Origin: an uncultured bacterium
Lineage (GTDB): Bacteria; Planctomycetota; UBA1135
Direction of reading: 5' to 3'
Assembly (NCBI GenBank): GCA_963934925.1
Contig: CAWWAN010000001.1
Location: 1-25,334, forward strand
DNA: 25,334 nt
Shown here: one piece after another, positions 1-10,200 of the stretch
How the letters are laid out: each line of letters starts with the position of its first letter
Numbering within the stretch: the first letter of the stretch is position 1
Made by a program: the position numbers and the translations under genes
Notes under the pieces: model-generated
What the model was told of the DNA's origin: nothing
The model's input: the letters and a program-made list of their open reading frames with translations, nothing else
The model's database searches: none

Positions 1-423
1 TCCGCTTGTGGATAGCGGCAAAAATCCTATTCTAAGTTGTACGTCTTTAGCCAAGAAAGAGGCTTGCTCTGATCTCAAAGAGGCAACAGCAGGAAGCCCA
101 CGCAGGGTAACTGTATAGTGTTGGCCTGGCAGAAAGGTGGAGTCCTCTAAAGTCGGGGTAGTAGGCAAGGAACCTAATATCTGAAGCGTGTTGCCAACTA
201 TCCCAACATCGTAGCCAATAACTATCTTGCCATTAGCATCGACTATTTGTACCGCGCTACTACGAACGGGGCGCTGCAACTTCTCATCAAAAACGACGAC
301 AATGGGCTGATTAATGGCCAACAGACTGCTTTTAGCTGTCGCCATCAAATCGACATTCAAGTATGTTTGCGACTGCTCTTCAGAGCAAGATACTAACAAT
401 AACAGCAAAAAGCCTCGGGTCAT
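1..423 (-). CDS. Predicted lipoprotein with an Ig-like (Big_5-like) domain; partial, runs off the left edge; not in the ORF track
   Basis: Manual translation is open from ATG at 423 to position 1 (141 codons): MTRGFLLLLLVSC-SEEQSQTYLNVDLMATAKSSLLAINQPIVVVFDEKLQRPVRSSAVQIVDANG...LPTTPTLEDSTFLPGQHYTVTLRGLP. Lipobox LVSC. The segment NQPIVVVFD...FLPGQHYTVTL resembles NRPIDIYFD...FVPGTVGYELLL in the upstream gene. An alternative TTG start lies at 465. Confidence 0.8.
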   Translation of the reverse strand, partial: MTRGFLLLLLVSCSEEQSQTYLNVDLMATAKSSLLAINQPIVVVFDEKLQRPVRSSAVQIVDANGKIVIGYDVGIVGNTLQILGSLPTTPTLEDSTFLPGQHYTVTLRGLPAVASLRSEQASFLAKDVQLRIGFLPLSTSG

Positions 424-441
424 AATGGACCCGAGGCTTTT
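407..441 (-). terminator. Intrinsic terminator-like hairpin, symmetric and possibly bidirectional
   Basis: Perfect 14-bp inverted repeat AAAAGCCTCGGGTC (408-421) / GACCCGAGGCTTTT (428-441) with a 6-nt loop. The minus strand ends in TTTTTG. It lies 17 nt after the stop of the 459..4001 gene. Confidence 0.7.
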
Positions 442-458
442 ATTAATAGCCGTCGTTA

Positions 459-3400
459 TTACCAAGCGTAAGGGATTTTAATGTATCCGAGTGCTGGACG
501 ACTTAAGCTATTAAAGCTGCCTTGGCTCAATGCGTCGATATCAAAGCTAACGCGATAACGAATAAAGCGTTTGCCATCGAGGTCGTCAAAGGTTGTACTG
601 TTTTCGCCAGTCCAGCTAGTAATTGTTGCTGCATCAGGCTCGAGGCTTTCTTGAGACACTCCATCAGCGCCCTGGAATTGAATGCGCACAGAAGACGATG
701 GTGGTAGCTTGTCCTTGATATCGCCAGAGGAAACACCGAAGAACTTGTTGTAGATGACAAAGGCACTACCGTCGATGATCGCTCCATCCGCAACCAGCGT
801 GGCAAGGACCAAATCACCATTACTGGTTAAATCGGCGCTAACGATTTCATGCGAAGTGAGTGCGGCAGTTGTAAAGTCACAACCTATTAATAACTTAGGA
901 TTGAACTTCCAGGTATCGGCAATGATTAAGTTAGTAAGGTCAATTGTCACACTAAATCCACTTGCATCAATAGTGAAGTCGCTAGCATCGCCATCAGTAA
1001 TCGGGGTAAGTTGAATTACCGTAGCAGTCGCGACATCGCTCTCGACATAACCTAAAGCATCTAGTCCTGCAAAGTTCAAATCGCCGGTAGCACCGTAGTC
1101 GGGGAATATCCCCACTCCGTTACTCGGCTGACGCAAGTTCGCCAGACCCGTATCAATCCACACCGATTGAACCTGTGATTGCGGTGAGAAGAATGGCATT
1201 AATGTAAATGGCACAGGCATAGCGTATAGCGCCAAAACCTGATCCTGGCGGTCAGAAACCACCGGGTTACCAAGATTTTCAAGAGTTACATACTGCTTGA
1301 ACGCCGCATCAACATCGCCATGGTATGCGATGTCGGCAATCGGGTCTGGGATATGTATTTGGATCACCCCGGAAGCGCCGGCACCACCACGCCCAGCCTG
1401 GAAACTTCCATTACCATCGTAATTATTCGGTGCATTCTCACTTGCAGGGAAGTTTGCCGCCAATTTGGAAGCAGACCAACCACGACGCCCACCAATAGCT
1501 TGCATAACGTAGTTAGGAATAGTGTTAGCAAAGAAAGTGTTAGGGTTGCTCGGAACACCGGGTACGCCGACGTTAATGGCACTTAAGTTAAGACCCGAAG
1601 CAGAGCTTAGAATCAAGTGTCCGCCTGAGCCACCGCCTGAGCCTGAGACCTGAGTTGTAGAACCATCTAGGCTACCACCTGAGGTAGAATCGCCACCAGC
1701 CCCGTTACCACCGTTCACCTTAAGCACTGCGGAGCTGCCGAGAATGATATGGCCAATCACGTGAATTTGTATTTGACCACCGCCGCCCCCACCTCCAGCA
1801 CCACGGAAGTAGCGCTGCGTATTGCCGTGAGGGAAAGCTGTGTCTGGGTAATGTAATGACAATGGCAAAGGTTGGTCGAGGCCGTCGTTAATGTAACGAA
1901 GGAGTGTTTGAAGGTCACCTGACCCACCGCCACCTGAACCTGCATACGGAGCCAGTAACTCGCCGGTAACAGTAGCAGGGCTCGCCCCAGTACCATCCCA
2001 GAAGAAACGTTCACCATAAAAATCGTTAGCTGTGCCGAACTCTGGATCGACTGAAGAAAAGACTGAGACACCACCACGCCCTCCATCTGGCCCGGAAACA
2101 GCTAAACCGTACCTTTCATCGTTGTTAATTGAACCACCGGTTTGAGCGGGGTCGAAGATTATGGTATCGAGAGCTCCGAGGTCTTGACCGTTATCAAGAT
2201 AGCCGCGAACAGCCTGTGGGAACGGCGCGGTGTCTATCTGGCTTGCACCAACAGACGATCCGCGCATTCCATCTTCGGCACCCATGAAATAAGTGTCGGG
2301 GTCTATTGTGTTATCGAAAATAGTGTGACGATCACCGCGCAGGTCAGGGCCGGAGTTGTCGTGGCTACTGGGCAAACTGCTTGATGGCCATTCGTCCCAG
2401 AAAACGGCGTCGGTTCGTGTTAGAGCAAAGCCACCCCCTCCACCACCACCGGCGACAAGGGATTCTGCGCCGATCAAGACTACACCGCCAGGGAAAATCG
2501 CCGCAGGCGATCGATCTTGTTGGTAACCACCTTCACCACCACTACCACCACCAAAGGCCGAGCCAAAAGGGCCGAAGCCATTTTCGCCCAACTGTGTACT
2601 GTAGTCGGTTGTAGTAGACGCATCGCCACCTTTCCCACCACCACAAGCACCTTCAGCGCCAAGAACCACTACATCGGGACGAGAGGTAAGGCCATCCGCG
2701 GCGTTGGCATCGTAACCACTCGCATCGACTTCTCCGTTAATTGTGGCGTCACCAGCGACATAAATGATTAGTGGATTATCGCCAAAAGCACGGATTGATG
2801 CTCCTGCATCAATAGTGAAATCATTGGTGTACATCACACCATCTACGACCGTGAACGTGTTCCCTAAGTCATCCGTTTGCTCGTCGGTTCCCGTTGTATT
2901 TATCTCAATATGTGAGTTTGTAAGGCGGAAATCTATTTTATCGCTACCATCGTTGTCTGGGAAGATGAACGCTGCCACGATCTCACCTTGATTAATTTCG
3001 GCGAGTGGCTGCGGCAAGCTAGCTAAGTAATCGAGTCCTGTTCCTACGGAGAAATCATCTATGAATTGGTCATAGGTAACATCATCTGGAACGACCGATG
3101 TGTCATTGTAAATATCAGCGAGGCTGCCTAACTCAACAATTGGTGAAACATCGCCACTGCTATTCTGATCACCGCCCAAATCTTCGAAGTCCGATGTCGT
3201 AACGACACGCACACTTCGCCCAGGAAGAAGCACACCACTTACCTGGAACAACAATTCTGCAGAATCGCCACAGTTATTGACCACGACCCATTCGCCTGGA
3301 ACTATTTGAGGAAGTGCAGGGAACTGGCCATCACTTAGAGAGTACTCAATGTATATCCGATCCGTTTGAAAATTTATAGGCGAGGGACCGACACCTTGAT

Positions 3401-4001
3401 CAAAGGTAACTTCAAAAGCAGCGCTCTCCATCGAGAGTAAACCCAATCCTGCAGGAACCTGAACATTCGTGATTTGCGGTGGAGTGAATAACGGGTCGTA
3501 AAAGTATGTCTCGCCCAACGCAGGCGTCACAAATCTACGAGTCAGTCCAGAAGAAAGGGGATGGCCTGCGACATCGCGAACCACGGTATATCCACCAGAA
3601 CTTTCTGTTGGAAGTAACAGTTCGTAGCCAACCGTGCCTGGCACAAAACCACCGTTGTCAAGCGCGAGGTTGTTTGGACACGCCGGAGTAAAGCGTATCG
3701 CGTGATCGGCACGTCCCTGAACATCAGAAATCAGCTCGTAAGTTCCTGTAACAGGAACTCCGAGATTAATAGTGTCAGTAGCCCGAAAGATAACCGAGCT
3801 AGTGCTTACCGAATTAAAATCAATAGCGCTATCAAAATAGATATCAATTGGGCGGTTAAGCAGCCATGTGTCACCATCGATGACAGTTGTATCCAACGCC
3901 ACAAAAGATGTTGACTCGGAAGAGGCCTCAGATTTGCATCCTGGGAGAAACGCCATCAAAGACGCCCCTAGGAGCACTGTTATTTGTAATTTGATTTTCA
4001 T
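459..4001 (-). CDS. 1180-aa predicted lipoprotein: N-terminal Ig-like domains, central glycine-rich domain, shared C-terminal beta-rich domain; function unknown
   Basis: Signal peptide with lipobox LPGC (Cys22). Big_5-like motif NRPIDIYFDSAIDFNSV and a second one, FEVTFDQGV...DFEDLGG. About ten polyGly tracts. C-terminus RFIRYRVSF...RPALGYIKIPYAW. Confidence 0.85.
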   Translation of the reverse strand: MKIKLQITVLLGASLMAFLPGCKSEASSESTSFVALDTTVIDGDTWLLNRPIDIYFDSAIDFNSVSTSSVIFRATDTINLGVPVTGTYELISDVQGRADHAIRFTPACPNNLALDNGGFVPGTVGYELLLPTESSGGYTVVRDVAGHPLSSGLTRRFVTPALGETYFYDPLFTPPQITNVQVPAGLGLLSMESAAFEVTFDQGVGPSPINFQTDRIYIEYSLSDGQFPALPQIVPGEWVVVNNCGDSAELLFQVSGVLLPGRSVRVVTTSDFEDLGGDQNSSGDVSPIVELGSLADIYNDTSVVPDDVTYDQFIDDFSVGTGLDYLASLPQPLAEINQGEIVAAFIFPDNDGSDKIDFRLTNSHIEINTTGTDEQTDDLGNTFTVVDGVMYTNDFTIDAGASIRAFGDNPLIIYVAGDATINGEVDASGYDANAADGLTSRPDVVVLGAEGACGGGKGGDASTTTDYSTQLGENGFGPFGSAFGGGSGGEGGYQQDRSPAAIFPGGVVLIGAESLVAGGGGGGGFALTRTDAVFWDEWPSSSLPSSHDNSGPDLRGDRHTIFDNTIDPDTYFMGAEDGMRGSSVGASQIDTAPFPQAVRGYLDNGQDLGALDTIIFDPAQTGGSINNDERYGLAVSGPDGGRGGVSVFSSVDPEFGTANDFYGERFFWDGTGASPATVTGELLAPYAGSGGGGSGDLQTLLRYINDGLDQPLPLSLHYPDTAFPHGNTQRYFRGAGGGGGGGQIQIHVIGHIILGSSAVLKVNGGNGAGGDSTSGGSLDGSTTQVSGSGGGSGGHLILSSASGLNLSAINVGVPGVPSNPNTFFANTIPNYVMQAIGGRRGWSASKLAANFPASENAPNNYDGNGSFQAGRGGAGASGVIQIHIPDPIADIAYHGDVDAAFKQYVTLENLGNPVVSDRQDQVLALYAMPVPFTLMPFFSPQSQVQSVWIDTGLANLRQPSNGVGIFPDYGATGDLNFAGLDALGYVESDVATATVIQLTPITDGDASDFTIDASGFSVTIDLTNLIIADTWKFNPKLLIGCDFTTAALTSHEIVSADLTSNGDLVLATLVADGAIIDGSAFVIYNKFFGVSSGDIKDKLPPSSSVRIQFQGADGVSQESLEPDAATITSWTGENSTTFDDLDGKRFIRYRVSFDIDALSQGSFNSLSRPALGYIKIPYAW

Positions 4002-4017
4002 CTTAATTAGTTACTAA

Positions 4018-7000
4018 TTAATTTGTGGTGTAAGCGAAACCGAAGGCATCCATCTCAGCCTCGAGATTGAGTTGAGTATTTGCGATGAATGTAAATCGCA
4101 GCTGGAAATACGGGTACTGCAGCGAGACTAAGCTGGCGGGGTCTGAAACCCAGTCAGAACCAGCTGTTACTGTGGCGCAACCAATGTCATCGTCATATTC
4201 CCCGTAGGCATCAAACGCATTAGATGCATCTTCAAGAGGCGTCGTTTCATCAATGCAGTTAACAACATTAATCGCCGGAGAGGTGCGAAATTCAACCTCG
4301 ACAGACGTTCCAGGGTTAGATTGCTGCGGTGTTGGCTCTAGAGTTAAGTTAGAGAACCAATCGAGAGCACCGCCGGCGTTGAACCAGTGAGTATAAACAT
4401 TGCTCACCTTCGTTACAAAATCAACTTGGCCCCAATGGAGTTCTGGACCATATGCCTTAATTGAACCACGTGGAGTTGGACCACTACCGGCACCATCCGC
4501 ATCGGGAACAACGAAGTCCCAGTTACTACCGGTTAAGCCGCCCCATGAGAACACACGGAAAGCTGGCAATGCAGAAGAGCCTACCATTATCTGCACCTGC
4601 GAACCGTTAAAGCCGAATTCGGCGCCTACCACATAACAACGATAGCGCATCAACAAAGGCAAACCAATTGTTGGGATCAAAGACTTCTCATAAGTACGGT
4701 CTTCGTTTACGACCCGAGGAGGACATCCCCAGCCACGATTATCGACTGACGTTCCGCTGGCGTTATTACCGCCCGCCAGAGTATTGCCATCCGGCAGCGG
4801 CAGTGAGGTGTCGCGGTAAGTGAAGGTTTGAGAAAAATCGGGCCATGGATACATGGCCACGCCACCATTGGCTAGATACACATTTGCCTGAGAAATTGAG
4901 TATTGAGGAACGTCAAAGACAATCGTTTCATCGAGCTCTGCATGAGCTACGGGGTCTTCGCCGAAGCCATAAATGTTTTGGTCGAACAAGTTGCTAGACA
5001 AGCGCTTTAAACCAGAGTTGTTGTAGGCTGGATATCCGGAAGCAGGGTCAATCCAGTCATCAGGAAGCCGGCCAGAGTGTGCCAGCGCGATGGAGTAACG
5101 ATCGAAGGTCGTATCGTAAACGATGCCCTGAAACGGCGACCAACTCATGCCCTCGACGTCGAGGTTATATTCTTGATTATTGCTTAACCCAAAACCTAAG
5201 TGGTGGTACCCATAGAGAGTGTGCAGTACGGCCCCCGCAGGCACAAGTGGCGTCATGATACCGGATGTGAACGATATTCTTTGCCCAACGTAAGTATTCG
5301 TTTTGTCTGCCTGACGCGAGAATCGGTTTACAGCACGGCCGCGGAGCACCCCGTCACCGTTGTACTGCCCCAACTGCCCACCGTATTCAGGACTTTGGTC
5401 GTTATCTTCGTCAACTCCATTACCACGCAGTGCAAAATATTTGATGTTAGCAGCAACGCCACCAACAGTAAGCTTGTCGGTCACCGCACTTTGCCCTGAG
5501 TGACCGGCGACAAAGCCAGAGAATCCAACTGGGTTACCAGCAAGATCAAGAACCCCTGTCGTGCCCGCCCGAATCGCCAATGAAATTTGCGCATCGACGC
5601 CTTCACCAAAAGCATCTGTAATGCCAGCCAGAGGGGCCAAAGTATAAGTGCGTGCATCGCCAGAAGACTGTACCGGCCCAAACATGATGCGTCCCGAACC
5701 GCCACCAACTCCAAAGCCTGGCAATCGGTCGAGATAGTCCGCAACCGTTTCCTCGCCAGGCACCCATTCAGCATCAGGTTCAATTGGATCTAAGGGATTT
5801 ACTGCCACCATATTTGATGTAGCTAAAACCATGGAGTCCAAAGAGCGCACGGTCTTACTGTCCATTGCTTCGCTGAACATAACGCTAATCGTTGCCGCTG
5901 GGTCAACACCCGTTGCCGGCAAAACTGCTGGTTCCGGTGTGAAGCTAAGAAAACACAATTGGTAATCTGAATCTTGGCTTGAGTATGCCGTAGTAAGAAC
6001 CGCCCCTAGATTGGAACTTGTTGCAGGTAAGTCACCCGAGATTAGAGTGCCACGAGCTATGTATGCTGTCGGGTCGCTGGAATCAACAATAGCTGTGATT
6101 TGCACGAAAGCATTTTGTAGCTGACCATCGACGCTTAGGTCAAAGACATCGCCCGCTTTAGGAAGAATACCTTGGCATCCCAATGCATTGTTCGAGTATG
6201 TCAGAATTCGCTGAGTTGCGCCTAATTCGACAACTGATGAAACGGTTACGCGCTGTTCGGAGATTAGTTTCGGCAAAACAACGTCTTTAAGAAAACCGTT
6301 ATAGTCGTCAGCACTGTTACCCGAGCGAATAACGCGAATAGATACAGGATCGATACCGATGAATTCGTGCGGCTCAATAATAGTGTCCCCTGATTCATTC
6401 AGAGAAAGACTAAAGTCTTGAGTCAGAGATTTGTTCCTCAACACCATGGTTTGGTTAGCAAAGACATTAACGACAGACGGAATATAGATTTTCAAATTAG
6501 GTGTTTCCGTATCAGTCGACTCTGGTAGCCCGATACCGTTTACCGTCAGCCCTGAAGCAGAGTTACTCGAATCGATTTCAGAGATAGTCGGGTCAATGAT
6601 AATGACTCCAACAGGGTTACCAGTAAGATCAAACTCGTCTTTCACAACGTACTTCACCTCGAGGTTATCGAAGCCCTCGATGCTAGAACCTGCCAAGACA
6701 CGAACGGTTTGACGGTTAACCGTCTCTGGGGCAACATGCTCAGTGAATTCTAGGCGAATGGCAGCGTTGCGCGGCACCTTAACGAATGGCCCCTGAGACT
6801 CAGTCCCCAGTTCTTTTAACGTCGGCAAATTACTTGTTGCCGCATCAAGAGCATTTTCGAAATCACCCGTGCCAGAATTCGGCACGTGCAAAATAGTCAG
6901 AATCTCTTTTTGAGATATAGGATTAATAAAGAAATCGTAATCTTCGCCATCAGCAGTGATATTTTCACGAATAACAATATCGACATCATACAAGAGGCCA

Positions 7001-7203
7001 TTGGCATCAAAGACATCGACCAAGCGCCCCCACTTCGCATCGGCTAACTTTAAGTCAGAGTTACCGAACCTAGGGCCACTAGAGCCCCCCGAATCGTCGT
7101 AGAAGTTTCCGTTTATCGTAGGCGGGCCACAAGCAGCGATCGCCATCGACATAGCCACTGTCAGGCAGAGTAGTGATGTTTTTTTCTGAGCTGATTTAAC
7201 CAT
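4018..7203 (-). CDS. 1061-aa predicted lipoprotein with Ig-like segments; paralogue of 7203..10439; function unknown
   Basis: ATG at 7203 overlaps the upstream stop (TAATG) and is preferred to the track's GTG at 7215. Lipobox IAAC (Cys25). Ig-like motifs RNAAIRLEFTEHVAPETV and ISVMFSEAMDSKTV...DLAGN. Confidence 0.85.
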   Translation of the reverse strand: MVKSAQKKTSLLCLTVAMSMAIAACGPPTINGNFYDDSGGSSGPRFGNSDLKLADAKWGRLVDVFDANGLLYDVDIVIRENITADGEDYDFFINPISQKEILTILHVPNSGTGDFENALDAATSNLPTLKELGTESQGPFVKVPRNAAIRLEFTEHVAPETVNRQTVRVLAGSSIEGFDNLEVKYVVKDEFDLTGNPVGVIIIDPTISEIDSSNSASGLTVNGIGLPESTDTETPNLKIYIPSVVNVFANQTMVLRNKSLTQDFSLSLNESGDTIIEPHEFIGIDPVSIRVIRSGNSADDYNGFLKDVVLPKLISEQRVTVSSVVELGATQRILTYSNNALGCQGILPKAGDVFDLSVDGQLQNAFVQITAIVDSSDPTAYIARGTLISGDLPATSSNLGAVLTTAYSSQDSDYQLCFLSFTPEPAVLPATGVDPAATISVMFSEAMDSKTVRSLDSMVLATSNMVAVNPLDPIEPDAEWVPGEETVADYLDRLPGFGVGGGSGRIMFGPVQSSGDARTYTLAPLAGITDAFGEGVDAQISLAIRAGTTGVLDLAGNPVGFSGFVAGHSGQSAVTDKLTVGGVAANIKYFALRGNGVDEDNDQSPEYGGQLGQYNGDGVLRGRAVNRFSRQADKTNTYVGQRISFTSGIMTPLVPAGAVLHTLYGYHHLGFGLSNNQEYNLDVEGMSWSPFQGIVYDTTFDRYSIALAHSGRLPDDWIDPASGYPAYNNSGLKRLSSNLFDQNIYGFGEDPVAHAELDETIVFDVPQYSISQANVYLANGGVAMYPWPDFSQTFTYRDTSLPLPDGNTLAGGNNASGTSVDNRGWGCPPRVVNEDRTYEKSLIPTIGLPLLMRYRCYVVGAEFGFNGSQVQIMVGSSALPAFRVFSWGGLTGSNWDFVVPDADGAGSGPTPRGSIKAYGPELHWGQVDFVTKVSNVYTHWFNAGGALDWFSNLTLEPTPQQSNPGTSVEVEFRTSPAINVVNCIDETTPLEDASNAFDAYGEYDDDIGCATVTAGSDWVSDPASLVSLQYPYFQLRFTFIANTQLNLEAEMDAFGFAYTTN

Positions 7204-10200
7204 TAATTTGTCCACGCAATTCCTAGGCCGTCAAGGGTTGGGCGCAAACCAGAATCTGGGTCTGCCATAAAGGAAACTCTAATCTGGACAAATCCGTAAC
7301 CACGGCCTTCCAGGTCGGTAATGTCTGTCGTCCAAGCAGATGGCGTTGCAACCGCGCCCGTACCGCCGACGAAATCGCCATAGTGGTCAAACGGGCTGTC
7401 ACCCTGATTAGTATCGCCTAGCTTGACGCTCGCGTCATTCAAAGGAGTGCTGTTCTCCAATGGGTTTGCATTCGCAGATACTGCCTGCGAGCCACGATAC
7501 TCGATGACCAACGAAGTGCCTAGTGGCTGCTTATCGGCTGCTGGCTCGACGACCACCCCGTCAATAGTGCCTATGTTCAAAGGGCCACTAATCGCAAACC
7601 AGTGACTATGCATACGCGACACCTCCAAAGAGAAATCCGCCGCTGCCCAGTACAACAAGTCATCACCCGCTGCTGCAGTCGCGCCACCTGGAAAGGGGAG
7701 CCACCCACCAACTGGGGCACTGCCAGACGTTCCAGCCTGGTCAGGCTGCACTCGCTGCCAATCACCAGATACGTTCTGGCCGCCAGAAGAATAAACCCGA
7801 AACATTGGAAGATTAAGCGGCGTAGTACCAGGCGTCATCATTAATGATGTCGTAAGCGAGTTAAGGCTTAGGGAATCCATTTGCGGATAAGTTCGAAAGC
7901 GCAACTGCAGCGGCAAAGCAACGGTTGGGATAAATCCTGGAAGATAGCGCTTGCCTAGCGGGTCCCATAGACCAAGAGTGTTCACGTAGTTATCAGTGGG
8001 CGCACCGCCGCCGTTGCCGTCTACCCCCCCAAGATAAGCCTGATCGAATGACGTATCGCGCCATACGAACTTCTCTGAAAAGCTAGTCCACGGCAGGTAC
8101 TCGATGCCATTCCACTGGTACTTATTGATGCCGCGAGCGAAATATGACGAGCTAAAGACCATCTTTTCGTCGATACCACTAGTACCGTCGGCCGTGAACC
8201 CCAGCACATTATCATTAAACGAAGAAGTTAGCATGCCCGATTGAGGGTAGGCTGGCGCATTTGTTCCCGGAGGTATATAGAGCTCATCCGGCATCGAAAA
8301 GGAGTGCGAAAGTGCTAACGAAATTTTATCGTAATTCTCATCAAAAACTACGCCGCCAAGCGGCGCCCAACTCATCCCCTCAACCGTGTAATTAAATTCG
8401 GAGGCCTCTTCATACCCAAAGCCGAAATCTTCAGGGCGATAAACATTCATCACCACCGCGCCCGCAAAGTTCAGTGGCTCGGAAGTCAGCCGGCCATTGG
8501 GGTGCCCCCCGACGGGATGCGCAGAAATCGCGAACTGTGTGTTGTCTGCTGACACCGTAAGCCTAGAAGGAACACGGCCCGTCAGCTGGCCAGAAAAGTC
8601 AAAGGAGTTGACCTGCCCCGCCCATTCAACATTACCATCACCATCTTCGTCAAGACCGACGCAAAGAAGTGAGAAATATTTTGTGTTTGTCGCCGCCTGG
8701 TGATCAATCTCAAGCTGAAAAGACTGATCGTTATTGCCCGCGACAAAAGACGAGAGCAGCACATTGTTACCCGACAGGTCCTTGATACCGTCTAGGCCAT
8801 CACGCAAGGCAACAACATAATTATCAAAAGTGTCGTTAGGATCTAAGTCTTGCCAACCTGCAACTGGCGTAATAGTAAAGGCGCGATTGCTCTCCGAGGC
8901 CACGACCTCTCCAAACAGGACGCGACCACCGTATTCTGCTTCTGCCGTTGCATTACCAGTGATATCGGCTCGGTAGTCATAACCACGTTGTCGCTCGATA
9001 AAACCTGAGACGGACTCGGAAGTGTCAATTTGGCGATACCACGCGGCTTGCGACTCTTTTACATCTTGCGGGTCAGGATTCAGATTGTCGTCTGGCTGAA
9101 TAATAACAAAGCTGCTCATCGAGCGCACAGTGGTATCATCGACTGCCTCGTCAAAGCGCACCGACACCGAAGCTGTATCGAGAATGCTGCCCTCGCCCGG
9201 GTCGGGAACTATGTCGAGGTAGCAGGCCTGGATATCACTATCAGCCGCTGAGTAGCGAGTTGACACCTGACCAGCCAAGGCCGTAGCGTCGAAAAGAGCA
9301 CCGTCATAATTGCTGTCAACACAATGCACAATGTATTCTGGAGGAGAGATGTCCTCGCGCGAGACCACTGTCCAGATGTTGTTCTTATTGTTACTATCCA
9401 CCACCTCTATGACATCCCCTACTTTGGGAGTCAAGGAAGCGCATCGCGCAGAGTCCACCGAGTAATTCACAACAATATCCGAGCCATCGCCCGAGTGACT
9501 ATCAATCGTAATCCCCTGAGTGCCTAGTAAACTTGGGCGAATGGCGTCACGCATAAACCCGCGGAAAGTGTCGAGAGCATTGCCTGTACGCATAGCCGCC
9601 AACAACTTGTAGCTATCGATACCAATGATTTGAACGGGCTCAGAGGCGTCCTTCCTACCCGGAGTATAGAATATTGATTGACCTTCATCGAGAGTGGACA
9701 GCACACTATACACTCCGTTAACTATGTCTATTTCAGTTGGAATGTAAACAACCAGATTGTAATCGTCGACATCTGTCGACTCACCGAAGCCAATCACGTT
9801 AGCCGGCAATTGTTCTTCGGCCGCTTCTATCTGAGATATTGTCGGGTCTATCAAGATACCGCCACGATGGCTAGTGTTCGTCGAGCTATCATTTTTCACG
9901 ACAAAACGTGAAGAAAACTGCAGCATGCCACTCGGGCTGGAAGGATTGCCTTGAAAAACCTGCACGGACGAAGAGTCAACCGAAGACGGGTTGATAGGCA
10001 AATTGAAATTCAATCGCACTGCTGCATTACGAGCCACCATATCGTAAGTTAATTCGCCGACAACATCGCGGCGAAGAACCGTTTGCAGATTATCTTTGTA
10101 GTCAAAAAGAAGTGCTTCGAATTCAGCAGATGCTTCTGGGAACTGAATAAGCAGTGACTCTTTCTGAGTGACTGCATTTGCTGTCAAAGAAACGATTGAC

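Noticed and set aside
459-490. C-terminal Y-x-W as a BamA beta-signal of an outer-membrane barrel
   Set aside because: The two paralogues do not end on an aromatic residue, and I see no run of amphipathic barrel strands. A soluble beta-sandwich fits better.
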